From an uncultured Acidobacteriota bacterium (GTDB taxonomy: Bacteria; Acidobacteriota; Vicinamibacteria; Vicinamibacterales; UBA8438), in assembly GCA_913043225.1 (NCBI GenBank), contig CAJWLU010000002.1, forward strand, positions 224,001 to 288,000: a DNA stretch of 64,000 nucleotides, in the 5' to 3' direction. The notes under the pieces were generated by a model. That model was not told where the DNA came from. It saw only the letters and a program-made list of their open reading frames with translations, and ran no database searches. A program made the translations under genes and the position numbers. Shown in pieces: positions 27,624 through 37,613 of this stretch (position 1 is its first letter; each line of letters begins with the position of its first letter).

Positions 27624-30611
27624 ATGAGCCTGCTTGATCGATTTCGTAGCCAGCCTGAGTGGCAGCATGACGATCCGTCAGTGCGCGCTTCGGCGGTCGA
27701 TGACCTTGGGGACGACGCGCAGGATTTGTTGACGGCGATCGCGTCTGAGGACGCCGACCCAAGGGTGCGGATGGCGGCTGTCGCGCGACTAACCGACCCC
27801 GACGCACTCGGCCGCATCCAGGCGTCGGAGCAGGACGAGCGCGTGCGCGACGAGGCGGCTGCCGTCTTGCGCGAGATCGCATTATCGGGCGCGGAGCCGG
27901 CGCGTGCGGCGCGTGCGGTCGCGGCGCTGGCAACGCCACGGGATCTGGGCGAGGTGGCCAGGATCACCGAATTGGAGGCCGTGAGTTTGGCCGCGCTGGC
28001 TCGATTGGATCGGCCGAAGGCCATCGGCGCGGTGGCCAGACGTGCCGCTCTGGCCGCCACCCGGCGGGCGGCCCTCGAACGTCTCGCCGATCACGAAGAG
28101 CTGTTGGCGGTCGCCGTTAAGAGCGAGCATCGGGATGTGGCGGTGGCGGCGTTCGAACGTGTTGTGCCAGACGAGAGCGACGATCTCACTTTGCTGCAGA
28201 GCATCGCCGTGCGCGCCCGCTCGAAGCCGGTGGCCCGCAAGGCACGGACGCGGCTGGCCGAGTTAGTAGGTCGACCCAAGGCACCGACCGCGAGCCAGCG
28301 CCAGGAGCGCCGCGAGCTGATGTGCGGACGGCTGGAAGCACTGGCGGTGGCCGACGGCGCGTCGGATGAGACGCGATTGGGCACCAAGCTCGAAGAGCTG
28401 GAGCGTGAGTGGGAGTCTCTGGCCGGGGATGTGTCCCCACCGGGAGAGGAGGATGCTACCGGGGTTACTGAACGCTGGCAGGCGGCCGTCGCGGGAGCCA
28501 AGCGCCGGCTGACCGAATTGGCTGACACTCGCATCGAAGCGCAGGGGCTTCCCCAGGCGGTGGCCGAAGCCGATGCCGCTCAGGTGGCGTTGTGCGATCG
28601 GTTGGAGGCTCGCCTCGACCAGTCCGACGAGGCTGGCGAGTCGCTGGAAGACACCCTGACGTCACTTCGGAGCGAATGGGAGGTGAGCGCTGGTGGCGAG
28701 TCGAGGTCCGGAGACAGCGATCCCAGACCGATCGACCAGCGGTTCCAGGCATTGCTCGCCCGCGCGGATGGGCAGATTCAACGCCGGCGGTCTGCAGCCG
28801 AGCGGCGCACCAGGCTGGAAGAGTTAGCCGCGGCGCTCGAAGAACTAAGTCAGGCGGATGACGTGGCCCGACTGACGCGCCAGTGGACGCGTCCGCGCGC
28901 CGAGTGGGCCGAATTGGTCGGGGCGTCCGAGCCCGAGGCCGTGGCCGATCTGGTGACTCGAGTCGAGGCGGCCGTCGCTCGCCGTGACGAACGGGTCGAG
29001 GCGATCCGTGCGCAGCAGCGCAAGCGAGAGCACGTGACGTTGGCCAAGCAGACGCGTCGCGCCGAGGAGATCGAAGAGGCGTTGACGAACGAACAGCTCG
29101 AGCTTCGCGAGGCCGAGCGGTGGCTCCGAATCACCCGTTCAGTACTCGGCAACATGGGCCGCCTACCGACCCGTGAGGATCGAGACGCACTCACCGAACG
29201 GTTCCAGGCAGTACAAGTGGCCTTGATCGGTCGAGTACGAGAGCTCCGCGGGTTCGCCGAATGGAAGCAGTGGGCCAATCTGGGTGTACAAGTAGCCTTG
29301 TGTCAGCGGATGGAGAAGCTGGCCACGCTCGAGGATGAAGCCGCCATGGCGCGCGAGTACCGGGACGTCATGACGGCCTGGCGCGATGCCGCCGATGTGC
29401 CGCGCGGCGAGGGAGACGAGATCTGGAAGCGCTTCAAGGCTGCGCATGAGGCGATCCAGCCTCGCGTCGATGCGCTTCAAGCCGCCCAGGATGCGCTTCG
29501 TGAGCAGCGGTTGTCTAAGAAGGTCTCCTTGTGCGAAGAGGCCGAGCGCCTGGCCGACTCGACCGACTGGGTCAAGACCGCTAAGAGGTTCACCGAGCTG
29601 CAGGCCGAGTGGAAGCAGGTCGGAGCAGCGACCCGCAGGCAGGAGCGCGAACTATGGAGCCGGTTCCGGGCCGCGTCGGGCCAGTTCTTCAGGCGACGGC
29701 GAGACGACCTCGCCGAGCGCCGCAAGGTGTGGGGAAAGAACGCCGAGGCCAAGGAGGCGTTCTGCGCCCAAGCTGAGGCGCTGGCCGACGAGAAGGACCT
29801 GGAGTCGGCCAAGAACACCGTCAAGCGGATGCAGGCGGAATGGAAGAATGTCGGTCCGGTGAAGCGGTCGCGCTCCGACGCGCTGTGGATCCGTTTCCGC
29901 GCGGCATGCGATGCCGTCTTCGATCGGGCCCAGGCGGAGGTCGACGCCGAGTTCGCCGACAAGATCGACGCCCGCGCAGCGGTGTGTGAGCGGCTCGAGC
30001 AGTTGGTGCCAGAGTCCGAGGGTGCCGAAGTCTCGGAGCCGCCCGAGGATCTCGCCGCGACGGTGTCGGCGACGCGATCCGAGTGGCGTCAGCTCCCGCA
30101 CGTGCCACGGCCTCATGAGCGAGGCCTGAGCACACGCTTCCAGGACGCGCTCGCTCGCGTAGTCGAGCGGTATCCGTCGGCGTTTGCCGGCACGGATCTG
30201 GATCCGGCACGTAATCGCGCCAAGCTCGAGCGCCTCTGCGGGACGGTCGAGGCGCTTCTCGAGGAGGCGTCTGCCCCATCGTCCACCGGGCAGAGTCCGG
30301 CCGAGGTTTTGGCGTCCCAGTTGCGCGAGGCCCTGGCCAGCAACACGATGGGCGCACGCATGGACACGGCCGCCAAGCAGCGCGCCGACACTGAGACCGT
30401 CCGTCAGGTGCAGTCCGAACGTCGGTCACTGGGCGTGATCCCCGGCGACGAAGGACGTCAGCTGTCGGATCGCTTCCGGAAGGCGTGCGAGCGGTTCTTC
30501 GCCAAGTTCCCGCCGCTCGACGATGCCCGCCCCGCGTCTCGGCGTGACGGACAGGCCCGTCGGCGTCGGCCCCGCCAGAAGGCGGTGTCTGGTCCCAGGG
30601 ATCGCGCCTGA
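27624..30611 (+). CDS. DUF349 domain helical repeat protein with HEAT-like N-terminus
   Basis: WQHDDPSVR / EDADPRVR HEAT-like motifs; repeated LQAEWKxVG...LWxRFRAA(C)DxFF units. Confidence 0.85.
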   Translation: MSLLDRFRSQPEWQHDDPSVRASAVDDLGDDAQDLLTAIASEDADPRVRMAAVARLTDPDALGRIQASEQDERVRDEAAAVLREIALSGAEPARAARAVAALATPRDLGEVARITELEAVSLAALARLDRPKAIGAVARRAALAATRRAALERLADHEELLAVAVKSEHRDVAVAAFERVVPDESDDLTLLQSIAVRARSKPVARKARTRLAELVGRPKAPTASQRQERRELMCGRLEALAVADGASDETRLGTKLEELEREWESLAGDVSPPGEEDATGVTERWQAAVAGAKRRLTELADTRIEAQGLPQAVAEADAAQVALCDRLEARLDQSDEAGESLEDTLTSLRSEWEVSAGGESRSGDSDPRPIDQRFQALLARADGQIQRRRSAAERRTRLEELAAALEELSQADDVARLTRQWTRPRAEWAELVGASEPEAVADLVTRVEAAVARRDERVEAIRAQQRKREHVTLAKQTRRAEEIEEALTNEQLELREAERWLRITRSVLGNMGRLPTREDRDALTERFQAVQVALIGRVRELRGFAEWKQWANLGVQVALCQRMEKLATLEDEAAMAREYRDVMTAWRDAADVPRGEGDEIWKRFKAAHEAIQPRVDALQAAQDALREQRLSKKVSLCEEAERLADSTDWVKTAKRFTELQAEWKQVGAATRRQERELWSRFRAASGQFFRRRRDDLAERRKVWGKNAEAKEAFCAQAEALADEKDLESAKNTVKRMQAEWKNVGPVKRSRSDALWIRFRAACDAVFDRAQAEVDAEFADKIDARAAVCERLEQLVPESEGAEVSEPPEDLAATVSATRSEWRQLPHVPRPHERGLSTRFQDALARVVERYPSAFAGTDLDPARNRAKLERLCGTVEALLEEASAPSSTGQSPAEVLASQLREALASNTMGARMDTAAKQRADTETVRQVQSERRSLGVIPGDEGRQLSDRFRKACERFFAKFPPLDDARPASRRDGQARRRRPRQKAVSGPRDRA

Positions 30612-30642
30612 GCTAAACCCCCCGGGCGCCGGTCGGTTATTC

Positions 30643-30761
30643 ATGCAGGATTCCCAATCTCTCGTCAGCGAGTGGTTCACCATTCGCTTTCGTGCTGCGA
30701 TCCCCGCCCACACGTCGAGCTGGTTTCGGCGCCGACCGAGTCAGGAAAGACCCTCGCGTCA
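30643..30761 (+). pseudogene. N-terminal relic of an Lhr-like DEAD/DEAH helicase
   Basis: MQDSQSLVSEWFTIRF, then a frame change to HVELVSAPTESGKTLAS (a degenerate helicase motif I, APTGSGKTLA). Confidence 0.6.
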
Positions 30762-30954
30762 TCCCGGAAGGAGCTGCTGGCGGCTCGGCGGCGCATGAAG
30801 GAGCGGAGTGAGATCCGAGGCGGCCGAGCTGCCTCGGTTGACACGTGCACAGCTTCGGTTCAGAGTGAAACGATCGGCGGCGGCTGAGCGAAAGCGTTGT
30901 GGATGCGGGGTTGACCCGTCCGGCCTGCGCTTGGTTCGAACATTGAGGTAGACG

Positions 30955-32748
30955 ATGAGTAGGCTCCGGTTCCCGGCGGCGTTGGCCTTTGCGCTTGCGA
31001 CGGCCTGTGGCGTGCCGCCACCTGAGTCGTCGTCGATTCGGGAGAATGTCGAGCGATTGGCGTCGGACGAATTCGGAGGCCGCCTGACCGGGACCGACGG
31101 GATCCGGCTGGCGGCGGATCACATCGTGACCGAGCTTCAGGCTATCGGCGCGGTGCCTCTGCCTGGCGCCGACGGATTTCGGCTGTCGTTCGACTACACC
31201 GGTAGCACTGAGGATGGCGGCACGTCGCTCGCGGTCGATGGCGTTGAGGCGACCGAGACTGGGGCCGTTCAGGCGCTTTCGTTCTCAGAGTCCGGCCAGG
31301 CGACCGGACCCCTGGTCTTCGCCGGGTACGGGTTGGTCGTGCCGGAGGTGGACGGTTTCAGCTACGACAGCTACGCCACGCTCGATGTCACCGACAAAAT
31401 CGTGGTGGTGCTGCGCTACTTTCCGGAGGATGCAGAGACCGACATCCGGGCGGCGCTCTCGAGATATGCCGGGCTGCGCTTTAAGGCGCAAGCCGCCCGC
31501 CAGCGCGGCGCTCTGGGTCTGCTCGTGGTGACTGGTCCGCGTTCTCCGAATGCCGGCGAGCTCGTGCGCATGACCGGGGACACGGCGGCCGCTGATTCCG
31601 GCATCGTCGCAGCAAGTGTCGACCAGGCCATGGGCGACACGCTGTTCGATCTGGTTCCGGGTCGAACGTTGGAAGAGGTGCAGGCCGAACTGGATTCAGG
31701 GAACCCGCATGTCGCCGGATTCGACATGGGGGCCGAGGCGACTCTTAACGTGCAAGTGGTGCGCGAGCAGCGGACTGGTTATAACGTGGTGGCCTACCTG
31801 CCAGAGACGACAGAGACGTTGACCGAGAAGCCCTATGTCATGCTCGGTGCGCACTACGACCACCTCGGTTTGGGTGAGGGCGGCAACTCCCTGGCCACGG
31901 GCGACGACGCGGGGCAGGTTCACAACGGTGCGGACGACAACGCGTCGGGGGTGGCCGCGGTGTTGTCCGCTGGTGGCGAGCTGGCCGACGAGGAGCGCGA
32001 GCGCGGCGTAATTTTGGCATTCTGGTCGGGGGAGGAACTGGGCCTGCTCGGTTCGGCCGACTTTGTCGAACGCTCCCCGGTCCCAATGACCGAGTTGTCC
32101 GCCTATATCAATTTCGACATGGTCGGGCGGATGCGAGACAACAAGCTCACCGTGCAGGCGCTTGGGAGCAGCCCGATCTGGCCGGATCTCGTCAACGACG
32201 TCAACGCCGCCTACGGGTTCGAGCTGCAGCCAGTCGATGATCCCTACCTGCCGACTGACGCGATGAGTCTCAATCTGGCCGAGGTTCCGACTTTGGCGCT
32301 CTTCACCGGAAGTCACGAGGACTATCATCGGCCGTCCGATGATGCCGACACGGTTAACTATCCCGATCTCGAGCGGGTGGCGGGCTACGGTGCCGAGGTG
32401 GCGAGGCGACTGGTCAACGACGCGTCGGCACCGCAATTTGTGCGAGTCGAGCGCGCGGCGCAGCAGGGTGGCCAGGCGGCGATGCGTATCTTCACCGGGA
32501 CCATCCCCGATTACAGCTCGGAGGTCGAGGGGCTGTTGCTGTCTGGCGTCATGGGCGGTGGACCGGCCGAGAAGGCCGGGCTCCAGGAAGGTGACATCAT
32601 CGTTGGACTGGCAGGCCAGTCGGTGGCCAACATATACGACTACATGTTTGCTCTCGACCTCCTGAAGGTTGCTGAGCCGGCGTCGGTGGTCTTCGTGCGA
32701 GACGGTGAGCAACAGGAGGCCGAGCTGGTGCCGGAGGCGCGTCAGTGA
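30955..32748 (+). CDS. M28 family metallopeptidase lipoprotein with PA and PDZ domains
   Basis: Lipobox ATAC; GAHYDHLG, GADDNASG, WSGEELG, NFDMVGR, HEDYH; PDZ GTIPDY...GPAEKAGLQEGD. Confidence 0.92.
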   Translation: MSRLRFPAALAFALATACGVPPPESSSIRENVERLASDEFGGRLTGTDGIRLAADHIVTELQAIGAVPLPGADGFRLSFDYTGSTEDGGTSLAVDGVEATETGAVQALSFSESGQATGPLVFAGYGLVVPEVDGFSYDSYATLDVTDKIVVVLRYFPEDAETDIRAALSRYAGLRFKAQAARQRGALGLLVVTGPRSPNAGELVRMTGDTAAADSGIVAASVDQAMGDTLFDLVPGRTLEEVQAELDSGNPHVAGFDMGAEATLNVQVVREQRTGYNVVAYLPETTETLTEKPYVMLGAHYDHLGLGEGGNSLATGDDAGQVHNGADDNASGVAAVLSAGGELADEERERGVILAFWSGEELGLLGSADFVERSPVPMTELSAYINFDMVGRMRDNKLTVQALGSSPIWPDLVNDVNAAYGFELQPVDDPYLPTDAMSLNLAEVPTLALFTGSHEDYHRPSDDADTVNYPDLERVAGYGAEVARRLVNDASAPQFVRVERAAQQGGQAAMRIFTGTIPDYSSEVEGLLLSGVMGGGPAEKAGLQEGDIIVGLAGQSVANIYDYMFALDLLKVAEPASVVFVRDGEQQEAELVPEARQ

Positions 32749-32888
32749 GTCGAGCGGCGGAGTCAGGTTCCTCCGAGGTGACCATTCGAGCGCTCCCGGC
32801 GTCTGACAGAGAAGCCGCCGGCATTGGCGCCGGTCCGCGGCGTTCGAGACGCGCTGGCGCCCAGTCCAAGGGAATTACGGTTTCGTTC

Positions 32889-35216
32889 GTGGTGAGTAAT
32901 CTCAGTCCTCTCAGTCCGAGTCGTCCCGGTCGAGGCTCGTCCCGGTGGCTGGCGCCGCTGCTGACGCTGGCCATGGTCACCCTGGCACCGTCGTTCGGCG
33001 CTGCCCAGGGGCTCGGCACCCTCGTGGGTATCGTCACGACGCTCAGTGGCGTCCCGGTCGAGGGCGTGACGGTCACCGTTTTCAGTGACGAGCAGACGGC
33101 CTCGGGTACGACCGACGAGGACGGTGAATACGAGGTCAGCGAGCTGCTGCCGGGGCTGGTCTCGATCGCGATCAGCGACACCGATCTGGTGCTGGTGCCA
33201 GAGCTCGAGGTGGGCGTCGTGGCCAACATCACGATCCGCAGCGACCTAGTCCTCCGCTCACTCGACGAGGTGGCGATGCGGCGGTGGGACGCCTCTCGCT
33301 TTTTCGAAGCCAGTCCAGGCCTGGCCGCTTCTCTCTTCGCCGGCGACACGCTTGAGGCAGGCGTGCTGCCGCTCTCGAACTATCTGGAACGGGTGCCTGG
33401 TGTCGCGGTGGCGCGGGAAGGTGGGATCGGACAGCCCACTGCGCTCGTGGTCCGCGGCGTCGAAGTCACAGACCGGTTTCTCGTGACGGACGGCACGCCA
33501 CTCGAGGGTACCGTGCAACGTCTGCACGGGTGGGATGGGCAGGTGACCCAGCAGCTAGAGGTTGTGCGGGGGCTGCCGTCGAGCCGACGTGACGGCGAGC
33601 TGACCGGTGTCGTCCACCGGTTGATTAGGCCGACCGGTGATCCCGCCTCGCCGCTGTTCTCGGCCTCGGTGGAAGGTGGCGACTACGGCTGGCGACAGTA
33701 TAGTGCCGGCACCAGCGGCTCCAGCCGTGTCTACGACTGGCACCTTAGTGCTCAGCATGCCGAGGCGGATAACGAGCAGCCCAACACGGACTACCGTCGC
33801 ACTGCGATGGCCGGATCGCTCGATTTCATCCGGAGCGCGATCAGGGGCCACCTTATGTTCCAGGGCGAGACCAGCGAAGTGGGGCGTTCGGGCCCCACGC
33901 TGCTCGTTCGGCCCGATCTCGATGCCCGCCAAGAACGGACGCGGTTCTCCGGGGCGGGCACGTTCCGTCTGGGCCGTGGACAGCGGAGCCTACACGAGCT
34001 CCGCCTGGTGGGCACCCAAAGCGACATCCGCTCACTAAACCCGCTCGATTCGGGCACGATCTTGCTGCAGTCGTCCGAGGAGGTGGCCCGTTTGGTTGCG
34101 GTGTCCGATCTGGCCCTGGCGGGTGGGCGCCGGAACGATCTTCGCACGGGACGGGTGAGCTACGAGTACGCGTTCGAGATCGACGAGTTCCACTACATGA
34201 CCTTTGGCGGCACCGCCGAGGGTGAAGCTGGTCGGTTTACGCGCACCGACCGGTACGATCAGACTAGGGCCAATCTGAGTCTCTATGCGGAGGACCGGGT
34301 CCAGCTGTTTCCGGATCTGCTGTTGACGGCGGGTGGGCGCTTCGTCAAGAACGGACCTTACGGCTTCGCGGCGATGCCCCGTGGGTCGCTGACCTATGAG
34401 CTGGGTTGGGGATTCCTCGCCCGGGCCGCCGGTGGCTTCGGGGTGGGCACACCCACGCTAGCCCAGTTGTTCGGCGAGACGTTCCTCTGGGAGGGGAACC
34501 CGGAGATCGACCAGGCGAAAAGCCGCGCCGCCGATGCCGGAATCTTCGGTTCGCTGTGGGGAAACCGGGTGCAGGTAGAGGCCAGCGCGTATTGGCACGA
34601 GTACGAGGACCTCATCGTACTGGGGGAGTTCGACGTGCCCCGGCTCGATACCTTGCCGGACTATCGAGCCCTGACCCTGGCCGAGCGGCTTCAGCTTCAG
34701 AGTGACGTCTGGACCGGTGTGAGGCAACCGCTGGTGGTGGCGGCGGTCGATCCAAGGGTAACGTTCGTTAACTTGCCCAGGAGCCGTGCCATCGGGGCCG
34801 AGGCCTCGTTCACGGCGATGCCGGTAACGCAGGTGACATTGCAGGGGGCCTACACCTTCAGCGACACCGAAGTGCGTCGCGGCACCCGTTTACTCCGACC
34901 GGGAGACCGGCTACCTGGCATGCCTGAGCACCAGGGATCATTCACGGCCGATGTGCAGGTGGCCCGAGTGTCGGTTGGCGGCACTTTCCGCTACGTCGGG
35001 AAGCGGACAGCTCCGTTCGACTACGTCAGCCAGGTACTGGGCCTGGGGACGCTGTCGTCCTACACCCGGTACGACATGTGGGCGCGCATCGGGCTGACGG
35101 ATGGATTGTGGTTCTCGATGGTGGGAGAGAACCTCACCGACGAGCAGTACCAGGAGGTGCCAGGGTACCCGGCCCTGGGGCGGATGCTTCGGGCAGGCGT
35201 GCAGGTGTCCTTCTGA
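32889..35216 (+). CDS. TonB-dependent receptor (divergent BtuB-like)
   Basis: Signal peptide, carboxypeptidase-regulatory-like N-terminus, plug-like LERVPGV...VRG...DG...LEVVRG, barrel ending ENLTDEQYQEVPGYPALGR...GVQVSF. Start uncertain (ORF open from 32745). Confidence 0.8.
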   Translation: MVSNLSPLSPSRPGRGSSRWLAPLLTLAMVTLAPSFGAAQGLGTLVGIVTTLSGVPVEGVTVTVFSDEQTASGTTDEDGEYEVSELLPGLVSIAISDTDLVLVPELEVGVVANITIRSDLVLRSLDEVAMRRWDASRFFEASPGLAASLFAGDTLEAGVLPLSNYLERVPGVAVAREGGIGQPTALVVRGVEVTDRFLVTDGTPLEGTVQRLHGWDGQVTQQLEVVRGLPSSRRDGELTGVVHRLIRPTGDPASPLFSASVEGGDYGWRQYSAGTSGSSRVYDWHLSAQHAEADNEQPNTDYRRTAMAGSLDFIRSAIRGHLMFQGETSEVGRSGPTLLVRPDLDARQERTRFSGAGTFRLGRGQRSLHELRLVGTQSDIRSLNPLDSGTILLQSSEEVARLVAVSDLALAGGRRNDLRTGRVSYEYAFEIDEFHYMTFGGTAEGEAGRFTRTDRYDQTRANLSLYAEDRVQLFPDLLLTAGGRFVKNGPYGFAAMPRGSLTYELGWGFLARAAGGFGVGTPTLAQLFGETFLWEGNPEIDQAKSRAADAGIFGSLWGNRVQVEASAYWHEYEDLIVLGEFDVPRLDTLPDYRALTLAERLQLQSDVWTGVRQPLVVAAVDPRVTFVNLPRSRAIGAEASFTAMPVTQVTLQGAYTFSDTEVRRGTRLLRPGDRLPGMPEHQGSFTADVQVARVSVGGTFRYVGKRTAPFDYVSQVLGLGTLSSYTRYDMWARIGLTDGLWFSMVGENLTDEQYQEVPGYPALGRMLRAGVQVSF

Positions 35217-35244
35217 GTACGCTCTGCGTGGAGTGAAAGGACTA

Positions 35245-35760
35245 ATGATGTTCCGGAGAATCGCTCTTCCAGCCCTGCTGGCCATGGCCGTGAGCGCGGC
35301 TGGATGCGACGAAGGATTGCCGCTCGAATCGACCCCGCTGCTGGCGGTGCAGATGTCGGTCGCCCCGGATCCTGGGATGGCAGTACCGTCGTCCGGTGTC
35401 ACGTTCGAGCAAGACGGTCAAACCATAGAGTTTCCCTGGATGACCACCCTGTCGCTGATTATCCGGACCGACGCGTCGCAGTCGGGCGCTACCATCAGAA
35501 ACATCGGCGCCAGTGTGCAGGAGGCAATCGAAGGGATCGCTGTCACCCCGGTGTTCGGTGATCCGGCACCGCGGTTCCGGTACACCCCGCGCGCCACTAC
35601 CAACCGGGTGGAGCCTGGTGGCGAGGCGATTATCGAGTTCGATGTCTGGTACTGGCTGCCGGGTGGCGGAGCCGAAGCGCTCGTCGCGCTCAACGCCACG
35701 TTGTCGGCCGATGAGGGCTCCGGTGTCACCGATGCGGTGCAGGTGAGCGTACTACCCTAG
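35245..35760 (+). CDS. Hypothetical beta-rich lipoprotein (paralog 1)
   Basis: AAGGA before the ATG; lipobox AAGC; similar to the next gene. Confidence 0.75.
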   Translation: MMFRRIALPALLAMAVSAAGCDEGLPLESTPLLAVQMSVAPDPGMAVPSSGVTFEQDGQTIEFPWMTTLSLIIRTDASQSGATIRNIGASVQEAIEGIAVTPVFGDPAPRFRYTPRATTNRVEPGGEAIIEFDVWYWLPGGGAEALVALNATLSADEGSGVTDAVQVSVLP

Positions 35761-35789
35761 CCGTTTCAGATTTTTGGGAGAGACGAGAG

Positions 35790-36305
35790 ATGGTCAGGAA
35801 AGTGTGGACGGTGGTGGCTCTGGCCTCCACGCTCGCGCTGTCGGGTTGCGGCAGCAACAATCTCTTCGACCCGACGAGGATGCTGAGTGTGTTCGTCGAG
35901 CTGTCGGTCGAGCCAGACGTCGTCAATGCCACCTCCGCGACCGGCGAGACATTCACGATCGGCGATGAGACGGTCGAGTTCGCCTGGAAGACGTCATTCC
36001 GAGTGATCTCTAGTCTGTCCGACGAACAGCCACAGGCCACGATCTCCGCCTTGGCCCTACTGGTGCAGCAGGCCACGGGCGGCATCATCATTTCGCCGGT
36101 GCCCGGGCAGGCAGAGAGCTTCCGGTTCGACACGAGAACCGACGGCAATATCATCACGCCAGGCAGTTCTAAGGTTACCGAGTTCGACGTTTGGTATACC
36201 TTGCCGAACCAGGGGCGCGAGGCGGTGATCACCGTCACGGTCAGCTACATCAACGATTCAGGGCTCACCCGTACCGAGAACATCACGGTCAGGGTCGCTC
36301 CATAG
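35790..36305 (+). CDS. Hypothetical beta-rich lipoprotein (paralog 2)
   Basis: Lipobox LSGC; shares EFxWxT, FR(F/Y), PG, EFDVWYxLPxxGxEA and terminal VxVxP with paralog 1. Confidence 0.8.
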   Translation: MVRKVWTVVALASTLALSGCGSNNLFDPTRMLSVFVELSVEPDVVNATSATGETFTIGDETVEFAWKTSFRVISSLSDEQPQATISALALLVQQATGGIIISPVPGQAESFRFDTRTDGNIITPGSSKVTEFDVWYTLPNQGREAVITVTVSYINDSGLTRTENITVRVAP

Positions 36306-36516
36306 GTTTCCTGGCGATCCGTCCGTCTGGCGGCGTTGCTTCGTCGGTTACAGAAGGTCCTGCGTTGCGGGAACGCGAAGCAATCCTGGGGCTAGGTGCA
36401 GGACCCGCCAGCTATTCCTTGGTTGCCCGCTCCTCCCCCTTGCCGGAGGGGCTAACACCCGCGCCTTTCTGGTGCCCGTGGCCGAACGCCTTGCCAGGCA
36501 GCTCGGTGTGGGGAAC
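36306..36516 (+). other. Structured intergenic element (REP/MITE-like or ncRNA)
   Basis: Nested complementary segments spanning the entire convergent intergenic gap (details in findings). Confidence 0.55.
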
Positions 36517-37593
36517 TTAGTTCTGCGGATAAGTTTTGGAATGGCCGTTCCGGCTGTTCGTGATGGTGAAGGAGCCATCGCGCCTAGCGCTGATCTTGAT
36601 CCAGGCGCTCGGTCCGGTGTGTACGGCATCCTCATCGTCGGCTGACGCGAAGTCCTGCAAGTTCGCAATGAATTGCTCCGGAGCATTCAGCGATCCGGCC
36701 GGGATCGAGTAGTGGTTTTGCCAGAGATCCTCGATCGTGGGGGCTCGACCCAGGCTCGCAAAGGTATGAAGAGCGCCTCCCTTGCGGGGGCCGTTGTTCA
36801 TCACTGCAGCCCGGGGCGCAAGGGCGCGTACCAGTGCCTCAGCGCCGGACGTGTCCGACCCGTGGTGCGACACTAGATATAGATCGACCCTGCCGATCTT
36901 GTTGTTCGGGCACATCAGCGGGTACTCCTTGTTCCAGGTAAGGTCGCCCATGATGACAGTGCGGAACGCGCCGAATCCAAGATGGGCGCTGAGGGAACGC
37001 TGGTCCTCGGCATCGCCATAGCGGCTGGTTATCTCTGAGCCATGGAAGTCGAAGTCGTCGCAGAAGTAGTTCGGCGCGCCGGCGCCAGGTAGCGGCGTGT
37101 CCAGTACCTCGCCATGCGAAGAAAGCATCGTTACCTGGATGTCACCCAGTGGGATGGTGTCGCCTGGCGCGACCACTCGATGGTCAGCTGATTCGCGCAG
37201 ATCTACATAGCGATCGAACGCCGCGAGCTGGCGCTCGCCCTCGTCGACGGTCTCCCCATGATCGAGAAAGGTACGAACGGGCAGACGCGCAATGAGCTGG
37301 TGGGCGCCACCCATGTGGTCGGTGTGGAAGTGGGTGACCACGAGATAGTCGATTTCGTCAATTCCAGCGTCCGCGGCAACGGCCGCAATACGATCCGCAT
37401 CACGGCCGTCGAACCCGGGCCAGCCGGCGTCCACTAGCATCGACTCACCGGAGGGTGCAACGAACAAGGTCGCCTCGCCACCTTCGACGTCGATGACGTA
37501 GATGTCGAGCGTCTCCTCGTCGGCTGGTTCTTGCGCCGCGAGTGTCCCGGACACCGGGAGCAGCCCAAGCATCACCGCAGTTAGCCACCGCAT
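36517..37593 (-). CDS. Exported MBL-fold metallo-hydrolase (ComEC/Rec2-like)
   Basis: IDVEGGEATL, LVDAG, THFHTDH, GDL, SHHGS; signal peptide. Confidence 0.88.
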   Translation of the reverse strand: MRWLTAVMLGLLPVSGTLAAQEPADEETLDIYVIDVEGGEATLFVAPSGESMLVDAGWPGFDGRDADRIAAVAADAGIDEIDYLVVTHFHTDHMGGAHQLIARLPVRTFLDHGETVDEGERQLAAFDRYVDLRESADHRVVAPGDTIPLGDIQVTMLSSHGEVLDTPLPGAGAPNYFCDDFDFHGSEITSRYGDAEDQRSLSAHLGFGAFRTVIMGDLTWNKEYPLMCPNNKIGRVDLYLVSHHGSDTSGAEALVRALAPRAAVMNNGPRKGGALHTFASLGRAPTIEDLWQNHYSIPAGSLNAPEQFIANLQDFASADDEDAVHTGPSAWIKISARRDGSFTITNSRNGHSKTYPQN

Positions 37594-37613
37594 ACAGCCC
37601 CCCAGTGCGCGAG

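Noticed and set aside
27624..30611. Repeats suggesting a defence or SMC-like protein
   Set aside because: There are no Walker motifs or nuclease signature; the repeats fit DUF349.
32749..32888. Cobalamin riboswitch before the BtuB-like receptor
   Set aside because: GC-rich hairpins exist, but there is no recognisable B12-box arrangement (GGGAA...GCCCCCGC...GCCACTG).
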